Shown: positions 28,191 to 38,172, counted from the first letter of the stretch. The stretch: DNA of 64,000 bases from Candidatus Kaiserbacteria bacterium RIFCSPHIGHO2_01_FULL_46_22 (GCA_001779595.1 MFKO01000008.1:86869-150868); one strand, 5' to 3'. Numbers and translations: made by a program. Notes: generated from the sequence alone by a model not told the origin.

Positions 28191-28829
28191 ATGGCGGAGA
28201 AAAAGAACACGACGCAAAATTTCGTTCCCTTACGCGACATTAAAGATAATGTTGTCATATTGAAAAATGGCCAAATGAATATGGTGCTTTTGGCGTCATC
28301 TATCAACTTCGCTTTGAAGTCGATAGATGAGCAGGAGGCGATTTTGCGTCAGTTTCAGGCTTTCCTAAACACCATTGATTTTTCTCTGCAGTTTTACATT
28401 CAATCTAGACGTCTCGACATTCAGCCATACCTCGATACCTTGGCTACACGTGAGAGTAAGCAGGACAATGACTTGATGCGTATTCAGTTACGCGAGTATA
28501 TGCAGTTTGTTAAAACATTCACCACCGAGGTCGATGTGATGAGCAAGAGCTTTTTTATTGTTATTCCTTACACACCAGTGACCGCGAGCATTCAATCCAA
28601 CCTTGGTAGCTTTAAAGAACTGTTAGGGGGGCAGAAGAATGTATACTTTGACGATAAGAACTTTGCCGAACACAAATTACAACTTCAGCAGAGGGCTTCT
28701 TTGGTTGAACAAGGTTTGTCAGCAGTCGGAGTGCGTACTATTTTGCTTCAAAATGAAGAGCTGGTTGAATTGTATTACCATATCTTCAATCCGGGAGAGA
28801 CGGGTAATACCGCGCCAGGCAGTAAGTAG
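28191..28829 (+). CDS. VirB4-associated (TraC N-terminal-like) protein
   Basis: TQNFVPLRDIKDNVVILK, SSINFALKS.DEQEAI...F..FLNT.DF.LQ motifs; lies directly before virB4. Confidence 0.75.
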   Translation: MAEKKNTTQNFVPLRDIKDNVVILKNGQMNMVLLASSINFALKSIDEQEAILRQFQAFLNTIDFSLQFYIQSRRLDIQPYLDTLATRESKQDNDLMRIQLREYMQFVKTFTTEVDVMSKSFFIVIPYTPVTASIQSNLGSFKELLGGQKNVYFDDKNFAEHKLQLQQRASLVEQGLSAVGVRTILLQNEELVELYYHIFNPGETGNTAPGSK

Positions 28830-28835
28830 AATGTT

Positions 28836-30635
28836 ATGGGAATTTTTGACTTAATCAAACAAAAGAGTGGTATCGGTGAGAAGGTGATAGACACCGAAAG
28901 CGCCTTAATGACTCTTGAAGACGTAGTTGCACCTTCAGCTGTCAAAGTGCAGCCTCGCAGTATTAACGTCAGTGGTCAAAACGCTCGAGTGTTCTTTACA
29001 GTATCTTACCCACGTTACTTAAACGACGGCTGGCTTGAACCAATACTAAATATCGAGCGTGAAATGGATGTTTCTATAGTTATCCATCCCATCGACACTG
29101 CTGAAACCCTAAAGAAATTCCAAAAAAAGGTGGCTGAAGTACAAAGCCAGATCAATATGAACGAGGAGAAGGGTATGGTGCGCGATCCTCAACTGGAAGC
29201 AGCCTACCGTAACCTCGAAGATTTGCGAGACAAGTTGCAACAAGCTGAAGAGAAATTATTTGATGTTGGTCTTTATGTAGCTGTATATGGAGCGAACGAG
29301 GACATTCTCAATGAAACTGAATCAGAAATAAAAGGTATTCTTGATTCGCGCTTGGTGTACCTGAAGCCTGCACTTTTCCAGCAAGAACAGGGTTTTCGCA
29401 GTATCATTCCGACCGGCACCGATGAGTTGACGGTACATAGTAAGTTCAATTCAAGCCCACTTTCAAGCTTTTTTCCATTCACTTCATTCGACCTCACTAG
29501 TGATAGCGGGATTTTATACGGAATCAACCGTCACAACTCTTCATTGGTGTTATTCGATCGTTTCGCCTTGACCAACTACAACTCAGTTACTTTTGCCACC
29601 TCAGGTGCCGGCAAGTCTTACGCCATCAAGCTAGAAATATTGCGCTCCTTAATGTTTGGTACAGAAGTGATAGTAATCGACCCAGAGAGGGAATACGAGC
29701 ACCTTGCCGAAGCAACCGGCGGACGCTTCTTCAATATTTCTCTTTCCAGTAGTCACCACATTAATCCTTTTGATCTACCCGATCCACAAGAGGACGAAGC
29801 TCCGGAAGACGTACTACGCTCACATATCATTGAATTGATCGGTTTGTTTAGACTGATGCTTGGTGGTCTTTCCCCAGAAGAAGAGACCATCATTGATCAG
29901 GCTCTTCACGAAGTGTACGCACTCAAAGACATAAACGGTGACGCAGATTGGAAAGGGTTGGAACCTCCACTTCTTTCCGACTTTGAAATGGTATTGGCCG
30001 GTATGGAGGGAAGCGACTCCCTGATCGCCCGTTTGCAGAAATATACAGCTGGTACTTGGTCGGGCTTTATGAACAAGCCAACCAACGTCGACATCCACCA
30101 AAAATTCATTGTGTTTAGTCTTCGTGATATGGAAGATGAGCTTAAGACGATCGCGATGTACATCATCACCAATCACATCTGGAATATGATTCGTCGCCGA
30201 CTACAGAAACGTCTCCTGGTAATTGACGAGGCATGGTGGATGATGAAAAGCGAAGATACCGCATCGTTTCTTTTCTCACTCGCCAAACGTGGCCGTAAAT
30301 ATTACCTAGGTATCGCCACGATCACGCAGGACGTCGACGACTTCCTTCGTTCTCCTTACGGAGTGCCAATGATCACCAACTCTTCGTTACAATTCTTAAT
30401 GAAACAGTCCGCAACTTCAATTGATCTGGTGCAGCGCACTTTCAACCTGACTGACGAGGAGAAACTTTTGCTCCTGGAAAGCAACGTTGGGGAGGGCATA
30501 TTCTTCGTTGGACTTAAACACGTCGCCATCAAAGTTATCGCCAGTTACACCGAAGATCAGATCATAACCTCAGATCCGTCACAGATTCTTCAAATCAAAC
30601 AAGCTCGAGCAGAGCTTCAAGCGGCCAAAGGGTAA
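28836..30635 (+). CDS. virB4: VirB4-like type IV secretion ATPase
   Basis: Walker A ATSGAGKS, VIDPEREY, Walker B LLVIDEAW, KRGRKY and ITQDV motifs. Confidence 0.9.
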   Translation: MGIFDLIKQKSGIGEKVIDTESALMTLEDVVAPSAVKVQPRSINVSGQNARVFFTVSYPRYLNDGWLEPILNIEREMDVSIVIHPIDTAETLKKFQKKVAEVQSQINMNEEKGMVRDPQLEAAYRNLEDLRDKLQQAEEKLFDVGLYVAVYGANEDILNETESEIKGILDSRLVYLKPALFQQEQGFRSIIPTGTDELTVHSKFNSSPLSSFFPFTSFDLTSDSGILYGINRHNSSLVLFDRFALTNYNSVTFATSGAGKSYAIKLEILRSLMFGTEVIVIDPEREYEHLAEATGGRFFNISLSSSHHINPFDLPDPQEDEAPEDVLRSHIIELIGLFRLMLGGLSPEEETIIDQALHEVYALKDINGDADWKGLEPPLLSDFEMVLAGMEGSDSLIARLQKYTAGTWSGFMNKPTNVDIHQKFIVFSLRDMEDELKTIAMYIITNHIWNMIRRRLQKRLLVIDEAWWMMKSEDTASFLFSLAKRGRKYYLGIATITQDVDDFLRSPYGVPMITNSSLQFLMKQSATSIDLVQRTFNLTDEEKLLLLESNVGEGIFFVGLKHVAIKVIASYTEDQIITSDPSQILQIKQARAELQAAKG

Positions 30636-30638
30636 GTT

Positions 30639-31079
30639 ATGGAAATAAATGCACAAACTGCGTCTAGAGCCAAGCTGGTCTGGTCTGTTTTTCTACGCAC
30701 AATAACGTTCACGTCACCCATTTACCTGGCCGCACAACTCTACTTTGCAATCGCAGCGTTAATGGGTCTGGGCTTAGCACTTGGAATCGATAGCTCTTTG
30801 ATTCTTACCGGACTAGATAAGGCTAGTTTTGAAACTGTTAGTGGTGCAGGTGGGGCACTTATGTTAATTGGGATGACTGGCGCTATGATGTGCGGGCTAC
30901 TAACTTGTCTTGTATCGATTGGGATTTTTTGGACTGGTAAGTGCCATGTTTTCCCTGGTTTGAGCATTTTGATTCTTGCTATATGCACTATCTGTCTGCT
31001 GATGCCCGTTATTAATCTCTTTCCAATAATGTGGTTCTGGAACTGGTACGTGGCTTGGTCAAATCTAAAAGGCTCGTAG
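30639..31079 (+). CDS. Small polytopic membrane protein
   Basis: Three to four hydrophobic segments, ending PVINLFPIMWFW. Confidence 0.7.
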   Translation: MEINAQTASRAKLVWSVFLRTITFTSPIYLAAQLYFAIAALMGLGLALGIDSSLILTGLDKASFETVSGAGGALMLIGMTGAMMCGLLTCLVSIGIFWTGKCHVFPGLSILILAICTICLLMPVINLFPIMWFWNWYVAWSNLKGS

Positions 31080-31102
31080 AGTGGGCGTGATATCATATTT
31101 GG

Positions 31103-31840
31103 ATGAGAGCAGCGATAGTATTGCTATTAATAACTAGCTTCGGTTGGCCATCTACAACCGATGCTTTTACCTCCGGATTGTTTAAACTACTCAAGGTAGG
31201 AGGAGATAATGAAGCGAACAATCAAACCAACACTCCAGCGGTTATTGGTCTAGACTTGGTGGTGGAAGCAGAAACCTACACGCCACACTTTTATCGTGGA
31301 CGAGCTGAACCCACAGCAGGATCAATTATGCGCTTAATTGCGCTACCCGAAGATCCAGGAGCAGTAACTAGGTACCACTGGAAAGTGGGCGGACAAACGA
31401 TGAATGAGAGCGGACAAACTCTAAGAGTGACGGCGCCGTCTGGTCAGGGTGAGGTAGTAGTTGAGGTCTCCTCACTAGATCAAAACGGGAATGTCATCGG
31501 ACGAACAACCAATTACATATCATTATCTAGTCCTTCGTTATCGTTCTACGAAGTAAATCCTTTACGTGGAATCTCCAACATTATGATTAAGGATAAGGTT
31601 ACTTTGATTGGTGACGAGGTGACGGTACGTGGAGAACCGTATTTCATAAACCCTACATCTATGTCGACTATGAATGGGGTATGGAACACTGGGCAGTTAG
31701 AGAATGTCCCTTCTAATGACTGGCGCACTCTGACAATACTGCGCACAGATGCTGTTTCGAGCGCGAGGGTTACCTTAGGAGCCAGCAACTTGAATACCTT
31801 GACTGATAACCTTAGCAGCGGATTTATATTGGAAATATGA
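31103..31840 (+). CDS. Secreted beta-rich (Ig-like) protein
   Basis: Signal peptide; EAETYTPHFYRGRA, YHWKVGG and FYEVNPLRG motifs. Confidence 0.7.
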   Translation: MRAAIVLLLITSFGWPSTTDAFTSGLFKLLKVGGDNEANNQTNTPAVIGLDLVVEAETYTPHFYRGRAEPTAGSIMRLIALPEDPGAVTRYHWKVGGQTMNESGQTLRVTAPSGQGEVVVEVSSLDQNGNVIGRTTNYISLSSPSLSFYEVNPLRGISNIMIKDKVTLIGDEVTVRGEPYFINPTSMSTMNGVWNTGQLENVPSNDWRTLTILRTDAVSSARVTLGASNLNTLTDNLSSGFILEI

Positions 31841-32466
31841 AACGATATATTTTGCTAGCAGTAGTTATATTGATTTGTCCAGTTGTCGTCTTGGCGCAAG
31901 CAAATGATTCTACGACAGTCAAAACTTTCACTGAAAATATACCCTTCTTAGACGGTGAACTGACTACTCAGGGATTTGTGGAAGCAATGTACAAACTCGC
32001 TATAGCTTTAGCTTCTATCATAGTAGTAATACGTCTAATGATGGCTGGGGCGAAATATATGTTATCGGAAGTTGTTTCCAATAAGGGCCAGGCTAAAGAA
32101 GATATTAAGAACGCTCTCTTCGGATTGTTGATAATTTTGGGGGCAGTGTTAATACTTGGCACCATAAACCCTAAACTCGTTGGAGTAAGCTTCATTAACA
32201 ATGGTGCGCCGTTGAACATACAAGATCCCGATACCGTAGATCAGATAGGTTTCAAACCAGGGGATAACTTTTCCGGAGCAGACATTGCGGCTCGCTGCGG
32301 GGAAGGTAACTTAAGTGGCGCACCTCAAGAGGAGTGCGTAAAAAATAACGAAGACGCACTATTACGTAGTTGCAAGCATAATGGTGGCAGTAAGCTTGAC
32401 TGGGAATTTGACCCTGACGCTAATTGGGGTGGCTACTCTTATTATTCATACACTTGTGTACAGTAG
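31837..32466 (+). CDS. TrbC/VirB2-like pilin with a C-terminal Cys-containing extension
   Basis: Signal peptide; LAIALASIIVVIRLMMAGAKYM...AKEDIKNALFGLLIILGAVLILGTINP pilin pattern. Confidence 0.8.
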   Translation: MKRYILLAVVILICPVVVLAQANDSTTVKTFTENIPFLDGELTTQGFVEAMYKLAIALASIIVVIRLMMAGAKYMLSEVVSNKGQAKEDIKNALFGLLIILGAVLILGTINPKLVGVSFINNGAPLNIQDPDTVDQIGFKPGDNFSGADIAARCGEGNLSGAPQEECVKNNEDALLRSCKHNGGSKLDWEFDPDANWGGYSYYSYTCVQ

Positions 32467-32469
32467 ACT

Positions 32470-33696
32470 ATGTCGAAAAAAATACTGATTGCAATCGGGT
32501 CCGCCACTATTCTGCTGCTTTTGGGTGCCTGGGTGTATTTGTTTCTTTTTGGCACACCAGAGAGTGTAGGGCAAGCGTTAAACAATCTAAATTCCCCCGA
32601 AACGCCTTTTGATCAGCCGATTGTTGGGTCCTTGGATACTACTGTAGCGGTAGGCAATAATAATTTGGCTCAACTAACCACTCGGCCTGTAGCTGGCTTC
32701 GTATTAGTAAATACGGGTAGTCAGCCAACTATTCGCTACGCTGAAAAGGGTACCGGTCACATTTACGAAATAAATGTTATCAGTGGTGCAGAAGAACGTC
32801 TCGATGGCACAACGTCAGCAAATACTACAGAGGCCTATTTCAGTAAAGACGGGGCGGAGGCGGTATTGGTACTGGCCGACAGCACGGAGCGATCAGTCGT
32901 CTGGCGTACTGCAATCGGTTCAGGAAACTCCGTTCCGCTATCATCAAACAGCCATGATTTTTCTTGGAATGAAGCCGGAGCGCTACGCTACACAGAAAGG
33001 ACCACTACTGGCACTACCGCTTACGAAAACAATGGCGAGAATCTGCAACTGTGGAGTATTCCACTGTCTGATGTGAGTGTTTTCTTCACTGAAAACTCGG
33101 CTTTTGTGGCAAATAACCCAGCCGCTCGTTTGTCTGGAAGTTTATACGAGATCCAAGATGGAAATCTAGCTAAGGTTATTGGTCCAGCTTACTCGTTTAC
33201 CGGTCTACCGGATCCAGATGGTCAGTTTCTTCTATACCGTTATTTTGATACTGAAAACCAGGCCAATGTCGCAAAAATCAAAGATCTTTTCACTGACGAA
33301 GAGACAATAGTTCCTTTGTCATCAGTCCCCGAAAAATGCGCCTTTAATTCAGTACGCCGACGCGTCTGGTGTGCTTCGTCTTTTATGTTTCTCGGACAGG
33401 ATCGCGAATACTTAAACAAATGGTACCGTGGCGAAGTTGTTTCAGCAGACAGAATTTGGACTTCTGACTACGGAAACTGGGGAGTATCTAGCCTAGAAAT
33501 AGACTTATCAGACGCAGCAGGCTTCGATATCGATGTCATTGATATGACTGTTTCTGACGACGGAACAATGCTTCTTTTCCGTAACAAGATCAACGATGCT
33601 CTTTGGATGTACCGTTTAAGTGAAGCTCCACTGGAAGAGTCGGAAGAAACAATCACTGAAACAGAAGCGGCGGCAACAACTACCGATGCTTTCTGA
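32470..33696 (+). CDS. Membrane-anchored beta-propeller-like protein
   Basis: N-terminal TM; RYAEKGTGHIY, PEKC.F and LLFRNKINDALW repeats. Confidence 0.7.
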   Translation: MSKKILIAIGSATILLLLGAWVYLFLFGTPESVGQALNNLNSPETPFDQPIVGSLDTTVAVGNNNLAQLTTRPVAGFVLVNTGSQPTIRYAEKGTGHIYEINVISGAEERLDGTTSANTTEAYFSKDGAEAVLVLADSTERSVVWRTAIGSGNSVPLSSNSHDFSWNEAGALRYTERTTTGTTAYENNGENLQLWSIPLSDVSVFFTENSAFVANNPAARLSGSLYEIQDGNLAKVIGPAYSFTGLPDPDGQFLLYRYFDTENQANVAKIKDLFTDEETIVPLSSVPEKCAFNSVRRRVWCASSFMFLGQDREYLNKWYRGEVVSADRIWTSDYGNWGVSSLEIDLSDAAGFDIDVIDMTVSDDGTMLLFRNKINDALWMYRLSEAPLEESEETITETEAAATTTDAF

Positions 33697-34402
33697 CCAC
33701 AAACTCCTGTGCAATAGCAACCAAATTACTGATTGTGAAGTACAGAGCGACTGAAGCGGACAATGTATAGGCCACAACACCAATAACGGCTGGCAAGACA
33801 TAGCGCATATTGATGTTCATACTGCGGGCAAAATCAGCCTTCATATTACTTTCTCCCTCCTTTCGTGGTTCCGGCTTAGGCAGTGACAAGTGCGCGTGAA
33901 TAAACTGCGTAAGTCCTGCCAAGGCGGCCAAGGGCCAGCTTTTACTTGCAATGTCTACAAAACCTAGAAAAATCATGTCAACATTTTCCGGAACCGGTAT
34001 AAAAGAGTAGAGAAGCTCCACATTTATATTAGGCAAAGTAATACCTCCTCCACTGTATACGGAAAAATAGAGCGCGAATATGATTGGTATTTGTAAAAGC
34101 ACCAACAAAATACCGGAGAAGGGATTTAGTCCCGCTTCTCGATAAAGAGCCATTGTCTCCCGAGCCAATGCTTCACGGTCATCTTTGTATTTTTCTTTTA
34201 AATCTTTTAGACCAGGCTCCAGCTCACGCATAGTTTTTTGCATCTTGGCCGCCTTAATCGAAAGTGGTAGCAAAACAAACTTCACCAATACTGTAATCGC
34301 AATAATTGACAGCCCAACGTCACCACCAGGAATTGCATCGATGAAGAAAACCAAACCGTTGTAAATTGGGTCAAAGAAAAAAGTGTGCCAGATGTAACTC
34401 AT
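33680..34402 (-). CDS. yidC: Membrane protein insertase YidC (short form)
   Basis: GLSIIAITVLVKFVLLPL, LYREAGLNPF, LLQIPI and ALYFTISN motifs; conserved position. Confidence 0.93.
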   Translation of the reverse strand: MSYIWHTFFFDPIYNGLVFFIDAIPGGDVGLSIIAITVLVKFVLLPLSIKAAKMQKTMRELEPGLKDLKEKYKDDREALARETMALYREAGLNPFSGILLVLLQIPIIFALYFSVYSGGGITLPNINVELLYSFIPVPENVDMIFLGFVDIASKSWPLAALAGLTQFIHAHLSLPKPEPRKEGESNMKADFARSMNINMRYVLPAVIGVVAYTLSASVALYFTISNLVAIAQEFVVRKHR

Positions 34403-34422
34403 AAATAAATTGGTTTGAAATT

Positions 34423-34758
34423 CTAAGTCCTAGTTTTTAATGACTGCGTAACGAGAGATTCTAAAGCTTTCTTAAGTTCGTCGAAACTTACCATCCCGGC
34501 TTGGGGTTTGGTAAGAATAATATACACTCCGCTTTGTTCACTTTCGCGCGACAAACGGTAAAGAATGTTGTACAGCCGTCTTCTCAGACGATTGCGGTCC
34601 ACCGCACGTTTGAAAACTTTTTTTCCCACTACGACCGCGCCGTGGAAACTAGTTTCCTGACTATGTATCAAGGTAAAGAGAGGGGAGTGGAAGCGACGCC
34701 CAGACGAAAAAAAACGATCGAACTCTTTTTTGGTCAATCGTTCTTTTTTATTCAACAT
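34423..34758 (-). CDS. rnpA: Ribonuclease P protein component
   Basis: VVVGKKVFKRAVDRNRLRRRL RNR motif; downstream of rpmH. Confidence 0.93.
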   Translation of the reverse strand: MLNKKERLTKKEFDRFFSSGRRFHSPLFTLIHSQETSFHGAVVVGKKVFKRAVDRNRLRRRLYNILYRLSRESEQSGVYIILTKPQAGMVSFDELKKALESLVTQSLKTRT

Positions 34759-34832
34759 AAAGTAAGTAGGCGGTTGCCAATAGCGGGTAGCCAGTGTTCG
34801 CTTTGCGAACTTTTCTTACTACTGTCTACTAA

Positions 34833-34982
34833 CTATTTACTAGGTCTAACAGCAAGCTGGGCCCGGCCTTTACGGCGGCGCGCCTGGAGCACCTTAGGGC
34901 CCTTGACGCTATTTTTACGGGCAAGAAAGCCGTGAGTAGTCATTCGCTTCTTCTTGCTTGGTTGATAGGTTCTTTTCGGCAT
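34833..34982 (-). CDS. rpmH: 50S ribosomal protein L34 (49 aa)
   Basis: Below the ORF-track cutoff; manual translation gives [49 protein letters not shown]. Confidence 0.95.
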   Translation of the reverse strand: MPKRTYQPSKKKRMTTHGFLARKNSVKGPKVLQARRRKGRAQLAVRPSK

Positions 34983-35042
34983 AAATATGAATTGTTGTTG
35001 AACAATATACACTAATAATCTATAAAATCAACGACTCAGTAC

Positions 35043-35062
35043 TTATCCCCAAGTTATACACA
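35043..35062. promoter_or_regulatory. DnaA boxes upstream of dnaA
   Basis: TTATCCCCA (35043-35051) and TTATACACA (35054-35062). Confidence 0.75.
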
Positions 35063-35166
35063 ATTGACGATTATCGCGTGCCGCGGCGGTTTGTTATTTC
35101 GAAGTATGTCGCAAAAGTTTACACGCTGAGTGAGAAGGGTATAATTCAGATCACGTTATCACGTAA

Positions 35167-36561
35167 GTGGTTGCACTGGATATGAATCAAACCTCATCAA
35201 CGATTACTACTGGGTTTATCGGCACAGCAGAGATAGATACTAAAAAACTCTGGGATGATGCTTTGGTTAATATCGAACTCTCCATCACCCCAGCCAACTT
35301 CAAAACTTGGTTCAGAGACACTCGGATTGTAGCGATTGAAGACGGAACTATTACTCTCGGCGTTCCTAGCGTGTTTGTACGGGATTGGTTGCGTGACAAA
35401 TTTCAGTCAATGATTCTGAAGGTCTTGCGGGATCAAGCAACGTTTATCCGAGGAATTGAATACGCCGTTGTTAGTCGTACCGAAAAACGTCAGGAGAATA
35501 GACAACAGAGTATAAACGCGTCTTTACCACTCGAAGAGTATTACATCAACAAAAGCGACAACCTAAACCCTCGCTATTCTTTCGACACCTTCGTAATTGG
35601 ACCCTTCAACGCCTTGGCACACGCGGCTGCCAAGACCGTCAGTGATCGTCCTGGAATAACCTACAACCCGTTGTTCATCTACGGTAAGACTGGTCACGGT
35701 AAAACTCACTTAATTCAGGCTGTAGGAAATCATCTTAAACGCTCTGGCGCCAAGGTGTTTTATGTAACCGCCGAGCGTTTCACTGTGGATTACTTCAATT
35801 CTCTTCAGAGCGGAACCGCCAATAGTTTTAAAGACAAGTACCGTCAATATGACGTTCTAATAATGGATGATGTGCAATTCCTAAACAGTAAAGAGAAAAC
35901 TCAGGAAGAATTGTTTCACTTGTTTAATACAATGCACGACAACAACAAGCAGATCGTGTTCTCGAGTGATATCCACCCATCTTTGTTGTCTGGAATGGAG
36001 GAACGACTACGATCACGTTTTGCAGCTGGAATGATTGTAGATATACCAGCGCCAGATCTGGAGTCTCGTGCTGCTATCTTGCGCGCCAAAGCAGCTCAAA
36101 ACAACATAACCCTTTCTGACGAAGTGGTTGACCACTTGGCAGAATCCATCAACGGCAACATTCGTGAGCTTGAAGGTGCTCTCAACTCGATTATGTGCCA
36201 ATCACAACTACTGGGCCGCATTCTATCCTTACCAGAGGTTCAAGTAATTATTAAAAACAGCGCAAAACCACGACGTAACCTAGCGGTTTCTGACGTAGTC
36301 GATAAGGTGGCTCAGTATTTCAATATTGAACCGGCCAGTATTTACGAAAAAACCCGCCGTAAAGAGGTCGTAAAGCCACGCCAGCTTATTATGTATATTC
36401 TGCGTGAGGACTTCGCTGTTTCTTACCCCACAATCGGACAAAAGCTTGGGGGACGCGACCATACCACTGTGATTCACTCTTGTGAAAAAATTAAAACCGA
36501 ACTCCAGAGAGACTCCTCACTAGAAGAAGAAGTGGCACAGCTCCGCGCACTACTTAAATAA
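35167..36561 (+). CDS. dnaA: Chromosomal replication initiator DnaA
   Basis: LNPRYSFDTFVIG, YNPLFIYGKTGHGKTHL, MDDVQF and GGRDHTTVIH motifs. Start may be ATG 35182. Confidence 0.97.
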   Translation: MVALDMNQTSSTITTGFIGTAEIDTKKLWDDALVNIELSITPANFKTWFRDTRIVAIEDGTITLGVPSVFVRDWLRDKFQSMILKVLRDQATFIRGIEYAVVSRTEKRQENRQQSINASLPLEEYYINKSDNLNPRYSFDTFVIGPFNALAHAAAKTVSDRPGITYNPLFIYGKTGHGKTHLIQAVGNHLKRSGAKVFYVTAERFTVDYFNSLQSGTANSFKDKYRQYDVLIMDDVQFLNSKEKTQEELFHLFNTMHDNNKQIVFSSDIHPSLLSGMEERLRSRFAAGMIVDIPAPDLESRAAILRAKAAQNNITLSDEVVDHLAESINGNIRELEGALNSIMCQSQLLGRILSLPEVQVIIKNSAKPRRNLAVSDVVDKVAQYFNIEPASIYEKTRRKEVVKPRQLIMYILREDFAVSYPTIGQKLGGRDHTTVIHSCEKIKTELQRDSSLEEEVAQLRALLK

Positions 36562-36574
36562 ACTAGTTTCGGAT

Positions 36575-36608
36575 ATAAAACCGCCGCCAACTTCCGCGGC
36601 GGTTTTAT
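36575..36608 (+). terminator. Hairpin/terminator after dnaA
   Basis: ataaaaccgccgc...gcggcggttttat. Confidence 0.65.
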
Positions 36609-36609
36609 C

Positions 36610-36900
36610 TTATTAAACTGTTTAAATATTGTGGAAAAGCCTAGGTAAAACTAATCAGTCACATCCCCGACAACATGTTAATAAGTCTCGAGATTAGTCA
36701 TCTACTAACGACACGGGCCCGAGTAACCAGCTCCCTGTACCCAGTCATACCCGTAGCTATCCCCAGCCACGATTTACTGACAGCCTCAAAAAACCCTTAT
36801 TTACCAACCCATAAACGCTTATCCACCAATCCACAGGGCTAATAATAAAGGCTTAGTTGGGGAATATAAAAAATAAAACACCAGCTACCGTCAAAAAATC
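36610..36900. other. oriC: Probable oriC unwinding region (dnaA-dnaN intergenic)
   Basis: DnaA-box-like TGTGGAAAA (36630), CTATCCCCA (36758), tandem TTATCCACC/CAATCCACA (36819-36835), then GGGC and TAATAATAA trinucleotide repeats. Confidence 0.75.
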
Positions 36901-36919
36901 CCAGTGCTATAATTGCCTT

Positions 36920-38014
36920 ATGAAAGTGACCTTGAATCGTGATGATTTTTACAATCTGTTGGAGATGGCGGGACGAATCAGCACGAAGCATATTACATTG
37001 CCTGTACTGCAGTGTGTGTTGATTGAAGCCAAGGAAGGGAAGGTTGTTTTGCGCGCTACAAATCTTGAGGTGGCAATTGAGGCTGTTTTAAATGCTGAGG
37101 TGGTTACAGAAGGCAAGGTGGCGGTTCCGGCATCTATTCTTCTGCAGACTATCAATCTGGTTAATCAAAAGTCTGTAACATTGAGTTTTGTTGATAATAG
37201 TTTGGAGGTTGATGGTAGTGGGTCAAAAACACAAATAAAGAGTATTCCACACGAGGAGTTTCCTTCCATCCCACAAGTATCAGGAAGTGGTCAGGTTATC
37301 AACGGATCACTTTTTAGTTTGGGTATTAAATCTACAGCCTTCGCCGCATCCCTTTCTTCGATTAAGCCAGAGTTAGGGAGTGTTAATGTGTTTCAGAAAA
37401 AGGAACACACTCTAACTTTTGTTTCTACAGACTCTTTTCGTTTGTTTGAAAAAACCGTACCTCAGAAAGGGGTTGTTCTCAATGATGCTGTCTTAATTCC
37501 ACAAAAAAACGCCATCGAAATTGCCCGAGTCTGCGATGTTGTTGGTGGGGATCCTAAACTCAAAGTCAACGATCACCAGTTGGCTCTAGAGTTTGAAAAT
37601 GGTGTGACGATAACATCACGCCTGGTTGCGGGCGCTTTTCCTGATTATGAACAGATAATTCCGAAAGAATATTCCACGCATACGACCCTCCTCAAAGAAG
37701 ATCTGTCACATGCTTTCAAAAAGACAAATATCTTTCTAAATAAATTCTTTCAAGTTAGTCTTAGTTTTACTAAGGACTCTGTAACAGTCACAGCAGGAAA
37801 CAACGATGTGGGTAATACGACGGAATCAATCAGAGCTTCGACCGATGGGGAAGATCTTTCGTTGAGTTTTAATCAGAAGTATATCGGCGAAGCATTGCCG
37901 CATTTCACAGATGACAGTATCACCATACACCTTTCTGGTATTGGTCGCCCGATGGTTATTAAGGGGGTGAATGATACTTCTGTCAGGTATCTAGTGATGC
38001 CGATGAACAAATAA
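36920..38014 (+). CDS. dnaN: DNA polymerase III beta sliding clamp
   Basis: LRATNLEVAI, VSTDSFRL, FPDYEQIIP and YLVMPM motifs; follows dnaA. Confidence 0.96.
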   Translation: MKVTLNRDDFYNLLEMAGRISTKHITLPVLQCVLIEAKEGKVVLRATNLEVAIEAVLNAEVVTEGKVAVPASILLQTINLVNQKSVTLSFVDNSLEVDGSGSKTQIKSIPHEEFPSIPQVSGSGQVINGSLFSLGIKSTAFAASLSSIKPELGSVNVFQKKEHTLTFVSTDSFRLFEKTVPQKGVVLNDAVLIPQKNAIEIARVCDVVGGDPKLKVNDHQLALEFENGVTITSRLVAGAFPDYEQIIPKEYSTHTTLLKEDLSHAFKKTNIFLNKFFQVSLSFTKDSVTVTAGNNDVGNTTESIRASTDGEDLSLSFNQKYIGEALPHFTDDSITIHLSGIGRPMVIKGVNDTSVRYLVMPMNK

Positions 38015-38137
38015 AAAGTTGCGAAATCGGCGAATTTCTTCGTTGTGCTTCGGAAAATAACACTCACTGAACAGCCCAAAGTTCACCTCGTGTCATTTTT
38101 CTCGCCCGCCTCGAACTTCATCCGATTTTGCAACTTT
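38015..38137 (+). repeat. 3'-UTR structured repeat, copy C
   Basis: Same core as copies A and B; outer stem aaagttgcgaaatcgg/ccgattttgcaacttt starts right after the dnaN stop. Confidence 0.7.
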
Positions 38138-38172
38138 CTGCCCGCAGTATTGGTTGAAAAACTTTTATAGTT

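Noticed and set aside
22643-33696. T4SS cluster as an integrative conjugative element
   Set aside because: No integrase, relaxase, coupling protein or flanking att repeats; it is embedded among core origin genes.
34501-34935. 144-aa plus-strand ORF
   Set aside because: Antisense shadow of rnpA and rpmH.
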